From IMG/VR virus record IMGVR_UViG_3300045988_118171: 47,752 bases of DNA. The stretch is one strand, 5' to 3'. Origin of the DNA: a virus. The first letter of the stretch is position 1. Every line of letters starts with the position of its first letter. Positions 16,229 through 23,084 of this stretch are shown here, piece after piece. Under the pieces are notes generated by a model. It saw nothing but the letters and a program-made list of their open reading frames with translations. It had not been told where the DNA came from and made no database searches. A program made the position numbers and the translations under genes.

Positions 16229-17170
16229 ATGGCAGTATCCAATTCCCTGGTGCAGTCCAGAGGCGGCAAGCCCAAGACTTTCAGCGCGTTCCTGACCTCT
16301 GACGCGATCAAGCACCGCATCAACGAAATGGTTGGCGGCAGAGATGGGCAGCGGTTCATCACGTCCATTATCTCCGCTGTCAGCACCAACCCGGCGCTGT
16401 CCGAGTGCGAACACTCCACGATCTTGTCCGCCGCGATGCTGGGCGAATCCCTCAAACTGTCGCCGTCCCCGCAGTTGGGGCAGTATTACATGGTCCCCTT
16501 CAAGGACAAGAAGCGCGGCTGCAAAGTGGCTCAGTTCCAGTTGGGCTATAAGGGCTACATTCAGTTGGCTATCCGCAGTGGCTACTACAAGAAGCTGAAT
16601 GTCCTGGCGATCAAGCAAGGCGAACTGGTCCGATTCGACCCCTTGGAGGAAGAGATCGAGGTCAATCTGGTGGAGGATGACACCGAGCGCGAGGCCCTTC
16701 CGACCATCGGCTACTATGCCATGTTCGAGTATCAGAACGGATTCAAGAAAGCCATGTACTGGAGCCGTGAGAAAATGATGGCTCACGCGGACAAGTTCAG
16801 TATGGCGTTCAGCGCCAAGGCTTTTGAGAAGCTCCAGGCTGGTGAGATTCCCGAAAAGGAACTCTGGAAGTATTCGTCATTCTGGTATAAGGATTTCGAC
16901 TCCATGGCGTACAAGACGATGCTTCGGCAGCTCATTTCCAAGTGGGGCATCATGTCCATCGACCTGCAAAAGGCCATGGACGGCGACATGGGTACCATCA
17001 ATGAGGACGGTTCTGTGGATTATGTGGACAACTACCCCGACGAGTCCCCGGCCCCGGCAGAGGAACCCGCGCCCGCGCCCGTTGTGGTGGACGAGAATAC
17101 CGGGGAGATCGTCGAAGAGGCCCTTGCTGCCGCTGATCCTACCGCCGACTTTTTCAATCAGGAGGGCTAA
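16229..17170 (+). CDS. recT: RecT-family single-strand annealing protein
   Basis: QLGQYYMVPF...FQLGYKGYIQLA..SG and AMF pattern, with an acidic C-terminal tail. Confidence 0.9.
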   Translation: MAVSNSLVQSRGGKPKTFSAFLTSDAIKHRINEMVGGRDGQRFITSIISAVSTNPALSECEHSTILSAAMLGESLKLSPSPQLGQYYMVPFKDKKRGCKVAQFQLGYKGYIQLAIRSGYYKKLNVLAIKQGELVRFDPLEEEIEVNLVEDDTEREALPTIGYYAMFEYQNGFKKAMYWSREKMMAHADKFSMAFSAKAFEKLQAGEIPEKELWKYSSFWYKDFDSMAYKTMLRQLISKWGIMSIDLQKAMDGDMGTINEDGSVDYVDNYPDESPAPAEEPAPAPVVVDENTGEIVEEALAAADPTADFFNQEG

Positions 17171-17173
17171 CGT

Positions 17174-17596
17174 ATGAGCCGTGACTATTTCAGCGAGTTC
17201 GAGGCCCAGCAAGAGAAGCTGGAGAAGTTGCTTGACGAAAACAACCTGCTGCACGAGTTTGCAGTTGACGACTATCCCATCACCCTGACCATTCGCCCCA
17301 ACGCTGTCCCGGATGCCCAAATGGCTATGTTTGCCCAGGCGACCGAGGGCGTTTCATCCAAGGACGCGCGTCTGGTGTTCCAGTTCCTTGTTGACGAGAT
17401 CAACGTCCGGGTCTATGGGCGGCTGATCATCTCCGACGCGCTTATGTCCAAGATCAAGGGCCAGGCCAAGAAGATGCTGCTGTTGTGGCTCCAGGCCGAC
17501 CATGCGGCCCGTGTGGAGCAGTCCGAGTATAAGCCTGCTGAGGAATCCCAGGACGGCAGCAGCGGTGATTTCGCCGAGTTCTACGAGCAAGAATAA
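17174..17596 (+). CDS. Hypothetical protein
   Basis: ORF track; good RBS. Confidence 0.55.
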   Translation: MSRDYFSEFEAQQEKLEKLLDENNLLHEFAVDDYPITLTIRPNAVPDAQMAMFAQATEGVSSKDARLVFQFLVDEINVRVYGRLIISDALMSKIKGQAKKMLLLWLQADHAARVEQSEYKPAEESQDGSSGDFAEFYEQE

Positions 17597-17646
17597 CACC
17601 AGAGAGGGGCGGGGAAACCCGCCCCCACACATAAGGAGCACTCCAC

Positions 17647-18576
17647 ATGGGTAAAAAATATTACTGGTTGAAACTGAAAGACGACTTTTTTACTCAGCCA
17701 AAGATTAAGAAGCTGAGACGGATTGCTGGCGGCGATACATACACCATTATCTATCTCAAAATGCAGCTTTTGAGCCTGAAAAACGAGGGGCGGCTGCTGT
17801 GGGAAGGTACGGAGGACAATTTTGTTGACGAGATAGCCCTTTGTATTGACGAAGATCCCGAAAATGTAGGTGTTACTGTCAACTATCTTTTGCGCCAGGG
17901 CTTGCTTGAACAGGCGTCAGAAACAGAGTTCTCACTCCCACAAGCCATGCAGAGTATAGGCAGTGAAACGTCTGGTGCCGAGCGTGTCAGACGTTTCAGA
18001 GAACGGCACAAAACGCTGGAAATTGGCACTGGACCTGAGCAAACAGGGCAAAAAGTGTTACATTGTAACGCCGATGTAACAAGCTGTAACACAGAGATAG
18101 AGAGAAGAGATAGAGAAAGAGATAGAGAAAAGAGAGAAGAGATAGAGGGAGAAGGTACGACGGCGGATGAACCGCCTGCCCCCCCTCGTCCCCCTGTTCC
18201 CTATGAAGCTATCAAGGATTTCTACAACCTGACTTGTTCATCCTTCCCACGCTGTACGACCATGTCCGAAAGCCGCAAAAAGGCTATCAAGGCCCGGTTC
18301 ACAAGCGGCTACACCCTGGAGGACTTCAAGAAGGTGTTCGTCAAGGCCGAGGGCAGTAGCTTCCTGAAAGGCCGCAACGACCGGAACTGGACGGCGACGT
18401 TTGACTGGATGATCAAGGACGGCAATATGGCAAAAATCCTTGAGGGAAACTACGACGACCATGACATGGGGCCTGGCCCTGGTCCAAGACCAGCCGGAGG
18501 CGGGCGGAACAACACCGGCTTCCAAACCTCGAACCCATTTCTTGAGATGCTGCGAGAGGAGCGTGACAAGCAATGA
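17647..18576 (+). CDS. Phage replisome organizer (N-terminal organizer domain plus conserved phage C-terminal domain)
   Basis: YYWLKLKDDFF..PKIKKLR...GDTYTIIYLKMQL N-domain. The C-terminal FY...RKKAIKARF...F.KV pattern follows a charged linker. Confidence 0.75.
   Translation: MGKKYYWLKLKDDFFTQPKIKKLRRIAGGDTYTIIYLKMQLLSLKNEGRLLWEGTEDNFVDEIALCIDEDPENVGVTVNYLLRQGLLEQASETEFSLPQAMQSIGSETSGAERVRRFRERHKTLEIGTGPEQTGQKVLHCNADVTSCNTEIERRDRERDREKREEIEGEGTTADEPPAPPRPPVPYEAIKDFYNLTCSSFPRCTTMSESRKKAIKARFTSGYTLEDFKKVFVKAEGSSFLKGRNDRNWTATFDWMIKDGNMAKILEGNYDDHDMGPGPGPRPAGGGRNNTGFQTSNPFLEMLREERDKQ
18064..18147. repeat. Iteron-like repeats inside the organizer gene: 3x TGTAAC (10-11 bp phasing) then 4x GAGATAGAG; candidate origin
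   Basis: TGTAAC at 18064, 18075, 18085. GAGATAGAG at 18094, 18107, 18119, 18139. Read directly. Confidence 0.5.
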
Positions 18577-19136
18577 CCAGAGAAGAGACTCTTGCTATTA
18601 TGTCCGTCCTGCGGGCCGCTTATCCCACCTATTACCGAGATATGACGCGCCAAGAGGCCGAGAGTGTGGTCGCCCTGTGGGAAGAAATGTTTCGGGATGA
18701 TACCGCCGAAGTCGTGGCCCTGGCCGTGAAAGCTCACATTGCCAACGACAAGAAGGGCTTTCCGCCCCACATTGGGGCAATCAAGGAGGCCATTGTAAAA
18801 ATCACGACGCCTGAGCAGATGACCGAGGCGGAAGCCTGGAGCCTGGTAATCCGGGCTATCAGCAACGGGACGTATGGCTCAAAGAAGGAATTTGACGCGC
18901 TGCCGCCAGTGATCCAGCGGCTTGTAGGTAGCCCGAACCAGCTCAAAGAATGGGCAGCCATGGACGCGGACGTTGTTTCCTCTGTGGTGGCGTCTAACTT
19001 CCAGAGAAGCTATCGAGCCAGAGCAGCCAGCGAACGGGAGATGCTGAGTCTCCCTGGAGATGTGCGCCAGGCGATGCAGAGCATTGCGGCAAGTCTGGCT
19101 CTGCCTGAGTTGTCCGCAGGGGGGGCAGGAAAATGA
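18573..19136 (+). CDS. Possible helicase-loader-like replication protein (G39P-like pattern)
   Basis: Position after the organizer. AAYPTYY...W..MF.D......A...H.....FPPHIGAI pattern. Weak call. Confidence 0.4.
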   Translation: MTREETLAIMSVLRAAYPTYYRDMTRQEAESVVALWEEMFRDDTAEVVALAVKAHIANDKKGFPPHIGAIKEAIVKITTPEQMTEAEAWSLVIRAISNGTYGSKKEFDALPPVIQRLVGSPNQLKEWAAMDADVVSSVVASNFQRSYRARAASEREMLSLPGDVRQAMQSIAASLALPELSAGGAGK

Positions 19137-19696
19137 TCGGAACCATCCTAGCAAATAGAACAGCTGCTGACCGCAACAAGACTGATTTCTACGAGACGCC
19201 GCCGGAGGTCACGAAAGCGCTGCTGGATTTTCTGGAGCAGCGAGACTTCCTGATTCCTGGGCAAAGCGTTATCTGGGAGCCAGCCTGTGGGGCTGGGAAA
19301 ATGGCGAAGGTCCTGGAGGGACGCGGTTATCAGACCGTATCTACTGACCTGTACGAGTATGGATACGGAGAAGCTGGCGTCGATTTCATGTCGAACGCAA
19401 GGGCCTGCGACTGGATTATCACGAACCCCCCCTTTTCCCGCGCTGCCGAGTTCATTGCGCGAGCGTTTGATCTCGGTAAGCCCTGTGCTATCTTGGTAAA
19501 ATCCCAGTTTTGGCACGCAAAGCGGCGCATTGAGCTGTACCGGAGGAATCCGCCGTCTTATGTGCTCCCGTTGACCTGGCGGCCCGACTTCCTGTATGGG
19601 GCCAAATCAGGCAGCCCGACGATGGAAATTATCTGGACGGTATGGACAGGGACCCATCACGCGGCGAAATACGTTCCGCTGGAAAAGCCGGAATGA
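19133..19696 (+). CDS. Orphan N6-adenine DNA methyltransferase
   Basis: Motif I EPACGAG and motif IV NPPF. No adjacent restriction gene. Confidence 0.75.
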   Translation: MIGTILANRTAADRNKTDFYETPPEVTKALLDFLEQRDFLIPGQSVIWEPACGAGKMAKVLEGRGYQTVSTDLYEYGYGEAGVDFMSNARACDWIITNPPFSRAAEFIARAFDLGKPCAILVKSQFWHAKRRIELYRRNPPSYVLPLTWRPDFLYGAKSGSPTMEIIWTVWTGTHHAAKYVPLEKPE

Positions 19697-19705
19697 GGTG
19701 AAGCC

Positions 19706-20134
19706 ATGGCTGAGATCAAATACATCATCCAGGGAGATCCCCGGACAAAGAAGAACAGTTTGATGATTGCAGGATCTGGCCGCCGGTGCCCAGCCTGCAA
19801 GAAGTTTGAACGGCAGTGGGTCCGACAGAGCAAAGCGCACGACGAATTTGCCGAGGCCGCCAAGTGGCAACTGCGCCCCCTGCCCCCGAAGCCCATTGAC
19901 TGCCCTGTCAATATCCAGTGTATGTTTTACATGAAAACGCGCCGGATCGTGGACGGCCTGAACCTGCTGGCAACTATCGACGACCTGCTGGTCTCCACTG
20001 GTATCCTGGCCGATGATAATAGCCGAATCGTTGTGGCCCACGACGGCAGCCGGGTATTATACGACCCGCAAAATCCACGGGTGGAGATCACGATAACGAA
20101 AATGCCAGCCGACGAGCAGCTGGCGATGTTTTGA
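19706..20134 (+). CDS. rusA: RusA-family Holliday junction resolvase
   Basis: Size and the DGLNLLATIDDLLVSTGILADDNSRIV motif (D..N..K..D..DD pattern). Confidence 0.65.
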   Translation: MAEIKYIIQGDPRTKKNSLMIAGSGRRCPACKKFERQWVRQSKAHDEFAEAAKWQLRPLPPKPIDCPVNIQCMFYMKTRRIVDGLNLLATIDDLLVSTGILADDNSRIVVAHDGSRVLYDPQNPRVEITITKMPADEQLAMF

Positions 20135-20166
20135 AAGAATCTTTGAAATAATTCGGAGGGAGACTC

Positions 20167-20613
20167 ATGCAGGAACAAGACAAGATGACAAAAGAGCGCC
20201 TGGCGTCCTACATCTCTCTCAGGCTGGAGGTAGACAACCAGCTGGAGAGGTTGGCCCGCATGAGAAATGACGAGAAAATCCCAGCTATGCGAGAAAGCGA
20301 TGGGTCACAGCACAGCCCTGGCTCTGGGGATCGTATGGAGAGAGCTATCATTCGCCGCATGGAGTATGAGGACCGCGTTATGCCGCAGATCGAGGCCGCC
20401 CTGGTAGAGATGGAGACCATCGAACAGGCTATTTACGCGGTCGCAGACCCGATGGAGCGAGAGGTCCTGAGACTCCGATACATGGAGGGCAATTACATAC
20501 GGCACATGCCTTGGCGCGATGTTGCACTGAAACTATTCGGCGACGACGACAAGCGCCACATGGTAGCTACCTACCGGCTCCACACGAGAGCACTGAACAA
20601 CATCACAAGTTGA
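20167..20613 (+). CDS. Putative late-gene transcriptional regulator (sigma-70 region-4-like / ArpU-RinA-DUF1492-like)
   Basis: MEREVLRLRYMEG...WRDVALKL...TYRLHTRAL pattern. Last gene of the replication block. Confidence 0.5.
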   Translation: MQEQDKMTKERLASYISLRLEVDNQLERLARMRNDEKIPAMRESDGSQHSPGSGDRMERAIIRRMEYEDRVMPQIEAALVEMETIEQAIYAVADPMEREVLRLRYMEGNYIRHMPWRDVALKLFGDDDKRHMVATYRLHTRALNNITS

Positions 20614-20617
20614 AAGG

Positions 20618-20642
20618 GACGCCCAGCTAGGGCGTCTTTTTT
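20618..20642 (+). terminator. Rho-independent terminator
   Basis: Stem GACGCCC / GGGCGTC, loop AGCTA, followed by T6. Confidence 0.8.
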
Positions 20643-20656
20643 CATGCCCTGATTTA

Positions 20657-20710
20657 TACACACCGAATACACACAAGATTATTGACTTTTGTGTATTGAG
20701 TGTGTATAAT
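20657..20710 (+). promoter_or_regulatory. hicAB promoter (TTGACT-17-TATAAT) flanked by an inverted repeat built from ACACAC-N5 units
   Basis: -35 at 20682-20687, -10 at 20705-20710. Arms at 20657-20676 and 20689-20706, about 15 of 17 complementary. Confidence 0.65.
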
Positions 20711-20733
20711 AGTAAGAGTAAGGGGGACAGACA

Positions 20734-20907
20734 ATGAAACGCAGAGATTTGATAAAGCTACTGGAGAAAAACGGTTGGTATCTAAAGCGCAATGGTGGAA
20801 ACCATGATATTTACACCAACGGGCGAGAGAACGAACCGGTCTCCAGACAGAGCGAAATCAAAGAAGACCTTGCAAAAGCAATCATCAAACGGAGAGGGCT
20901 GAAATAA
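20734..20907 (+). CDS. hicA: HicA toxin (mRNA interferase); absent from the ORF track
   Basis: Hand translation: MKRRDLIKLLEKNGWYLKRNGGNHDIYTNGRENEPVSRQSEIKEDLAKAIIKRRGLK. Classic HicA pattern; RBS AAGGGGGA. Confidence 0.85.
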   Translation: MKRRDLIKLLEKNGWYLKRNGGNHDIYTNGRENEPVSRQSEIKEDLAKAIIKRRGLK

Positions 20908-20952
20908 GCCCTCTCCACCCCCTGCACCATCAAACAAGGAGGGAAAAAGCAT

Positions 20953-21339
20953 ATGAAAAAGGCGTATCCTGTTATCTTTACCCCAGCGGCAGAGGGCGGC
21001 TTCACGTCCTATATGCCGGACTTCGATATAAACTCCCAGGGTGACGACCTGGCGGAGGCAATCGAAATGGCGCGGGACGCCATGGGGATCATGGGAATTG
21101 ATATGGAGGACGAAGGGAAAACCCTGCCGGAAGCCTCTGAGAGCGTAGCGCATAAGCCCGGTGACGTTGTGTCCTTCGTCGATGTTGACTTTACCGAGTA
21201 CCGCAGGCAGAACGATATGCGGACCGTCCGGCGGAATGTGTCGCTGCCGTCCTGGCTGAACGCCGAGGCAGACAAGGCGGGCCTGAATGTGTCCGCCGTC
21301 CTGCAAAATGCACTCCGGCAAGAGCTGAGAAAAGTTTGA
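20953..21339 (+). CDS. hicB: HicB antitoxin with C-terminal ribbon-helix-helix domain
   Basis: YPVIFTPAAEGGFTSYMPDF...GDDLAEAIEMARDA pattern, plus the C-terminal RRNVSLPSWLNAEADKAGLNVSAVLQNAL. Confidence 0.85.
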   Translation: MKKAYPVIFTPAAEGGFTSYMPDFDINSQGDDLAEAIEMARDAMGIMGIDMEDEGKTLPEASESVAHKPGDVVSFVDVDFTEYRRQNDMRTVRRNVSLPSWLNAEADKAGLNVSAVLQNALRQELRKV

Positions 21340-21361
21340 TAGTAAATGATAGCTTTTGTGG

Positions 21362-21391
21362 TTGTTTGTAATCTTATTTGCGTGGTATAGT
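21362..21391 (+). promoter_or_regulatory. Candidate extended -10 promoter (TTGTTT-18-TGgTATAGT)
   Basis: Read directly. The same TGGTATAGT occurs at 10013-10021. Confidence 0.35.
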
Positions 21392-21405
21392 ACAACCATC
21401 GGAGC

Positions 21406-21441
21406 AAGGCCGCACGGGGAAACCTGTCGCGGCCTTTTCTG
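21406..21441 (+). terminator. Terminator-like hairpin between the candidate promoter and the first late gene
   Basis: 8-bp stem AAGGCCGC / GCGGCCTT followed by TTTTCTGTT; 15 nt before the ATG at 21456. Confidence 0.5.
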
Positions 21442-21455
21442 TTGGAGGTGATAGC

Positions 21456-22118
21456 ATGGGCGGCAGCTCTGGTATTGAGAACTACGGAACCGTAATCAAA
21501 GAGATCCGGGGGATGCGTAAAGGGGCTGAGACCTGCATCAAACGAACAATGTCCGATATGCGGACCCGTGTTCCCGGTTGGGTAGCGACTGAGGTCGCCG
21601 CAGTCTACGGAATCAAGAAGGGCGAGATCACTCCGTCAAAGGCTGGCAAGGGTGGGAAAAAAGCCGGTGGCGTCCACGTCCGAGGCGAGACGATAGACTC
21701 GATAGAGGTCGTCTACACTGGCCGGGTGCTGACCCCCACGCATTTTGGTATGACACCCAAGGCTGCGCCACCGAATAGGGGCTATACCCTGAAAGCCTCT
21801 ATCCTCAAGGGTAGCAAGTCCACGCTGGGCAAGGTGAAGAAGCTCACGAAGAAGCAGAGGAAACAGATCGGGAAGAATCTCCGACGGCAAGGGACTAAGA
21901 GCAGCGACCACTCACCCATCATGCTGCTGGGGAATGGCGGGGGTGGCTCCATCCCATTCCAGCGGAAGAGCACGAACCGAAAAGACCTGGAGGTCATCAA
22001 GACTGTATCTTTGCCTCAGATGGTATCCAGTGACAGAACCAAGGACAACATCGAGAGGGCAATCAACGAGGGGTTGGAGAAGCGCCTACAGCAAAACCTA
22101 AAGCTGATCCTGAAATAG
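21456..22118 (+). CDS. Hypothetical virion protein, lambda gpZ-like (tail completion) pattern
   Basis: Start moved to ATG 21456 behind GGAGGTG. RVPGWVATEVAA... and the C-terminal IPFQRK...VIKTVSLPQM...NIERAINEGLEKRLQQNL resemble gpZ, from memory. Confidence 0.4.
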   Translation: MGGSSGIENYGTVIKEIRGMRKGAETCIKRTMSDMRTRVPGWVATEVAAVYGIKKGEITPSKAGKGGKKAGGVHVRGETIDSIEVVYTGRVLTPTHFGMTPKAAPPNRGYTLKASILKGSKSTLGKVKKLTKKQRKQIGKNLRRQGTKSSDHSPIMLLGNGGGGSIPFQRKSTNRKDLEVIKTVSLPQMVSSDRTKDNIERAINEGLEKRLQQNLKLILK

Positions 22119-22173
22119 AATCCCTAGAATAATAAGCACCACGCCTGCGGATATTATTCGCAGGAGGTGGAAC

Positions 22174-22578
22174 GTGGAGGACACCAAGACTAAGTACAGG
22201 CTCACGCTGGCACAATACATGCAAGAGATCAAGCAGGTGGAGACAAAGGCCAAGAGGGCTATGCGTATAACTCTATGGCTCAAGATCATCCTGTCCATTG
22301 CTACTGTGTCAGCTGTTGGCGCATGGCTCAAAGGCCACGGAGCCAAGGAAGTCTGGGCATTCATTATTGTCTTGGCTGAGCTGGCCGATGCCATGATGAA
22401 CACACTGCCCTACGCAGAGCAGCGGACGAAGCTACCAGCAATGAAGATCAAGCTCACGGATGTTTACATCGAGATGGAGCACGACCTGACACGTCTGGAG
22501 AATGGGCTGATAACAGAGGACGCAGCCCTTGAGAAATACTTTGCACATAGGGACGCATGGGGGAAAGCACTCGCTTGA
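22174..22578 (+). CDS. Hypothetical two-TM membrane protein
   Basis: GTG start behind AGGAGGTGG. Helical N-terminus, two TM segments (ITLWLKIILSIATVSAVGAWL, VWAFIIVLAELADAMM) and a helical C-terminus. Confidence 0.6.
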   Translation: MEDTKTKYRLTLAQYMQEIKQVETKAKRAMRITLWLKIILSIATVSAVGAWLKGHGAKEVWAFIIVLAELADAMMNTLPYAEQRTKLPAMKIKLTDVYIEMEHDLTRLENGLITEDAALEKYFAHRDAWGKALA

Positions 22579-22585
22579 AGATTGC

Positions 22586-22624
22586 TTTTCTCTTTTTCTT
22601 TTATTTATTTTCTTTTTCTCTTTT
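22586..22624. repeat. 39-bp perfect mirror repeat; polypyrimidine on the + strand (37 of 39 C/T)
   Basis: Checked base by base around the centre at 22605: TTTTCTCTTTTTCTTTTATTTATTTTCTTTTTCTCTTTT. Confidence 0.95.
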
Positions 22625-22625
22625 T

Positions 22626-23010
22626 ACATGGCTCCTCAACGTATAGGTAACTAGGTGCGGTGCAATCCCGCAGGGAGCCACCACAGAGGGCGTGATCCTC
22701 TGGCATTTCTCATATCTCCTCCCAAGAATATATATGACCACAACCAGGTAAGGGTCACGCAGGGGAAAGCCCAGGCAGCAGCCGAGGCAATACCACCCTG
22801 TGCTCCAGTGCAATTCTGGTGAGCCTGGACCCCTCAAGGATAGGACACTGCACGAGGCCGCTGTGCTGCCCTGTGCCGCGTCGGGACACGAGGGAATGTA
22901 GTTTGACTATGCGAGAAGAAAAATGCGGCACAAGCGATTCTGCGAGGCGTGAGAGAGTTTTCGCGGGTCCTTCCGACGGTCAAACGCTACTGTGGTGCTC
23001 GCGAGCCCAT
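22626..23010 (+). ncRNA. Candidate structured non-coding RNA region (tRNA-like minihelix, T-loop hairpins); alternatively a cos/packaging region
   Basis: No credible ORF or RBS across about 500 bp in an otherwise gap-free genome. Stems listed in the findings. Strand inferred from a single G-U pair. Confidence 0.3.
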
Positions 23011-23084
23011 TTTTTGCCTAGTTTTGAAATTTTGAAAATCGGCCATTTCGTTACCACGGGCCGAACTGTAAGAGGTGGACAACC

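Noticed and set aside
22630-22683. A genuine tRNA gene or a tmRNA.
   Set aside because: Only the acceptor and T arms are present. Nineteen nucleotides replace the D and anticodon arms, the T-loop has G where the conserved T55 should be, and there is no mRNA-like tag region. It is kept only as a tRNA-like mimic.
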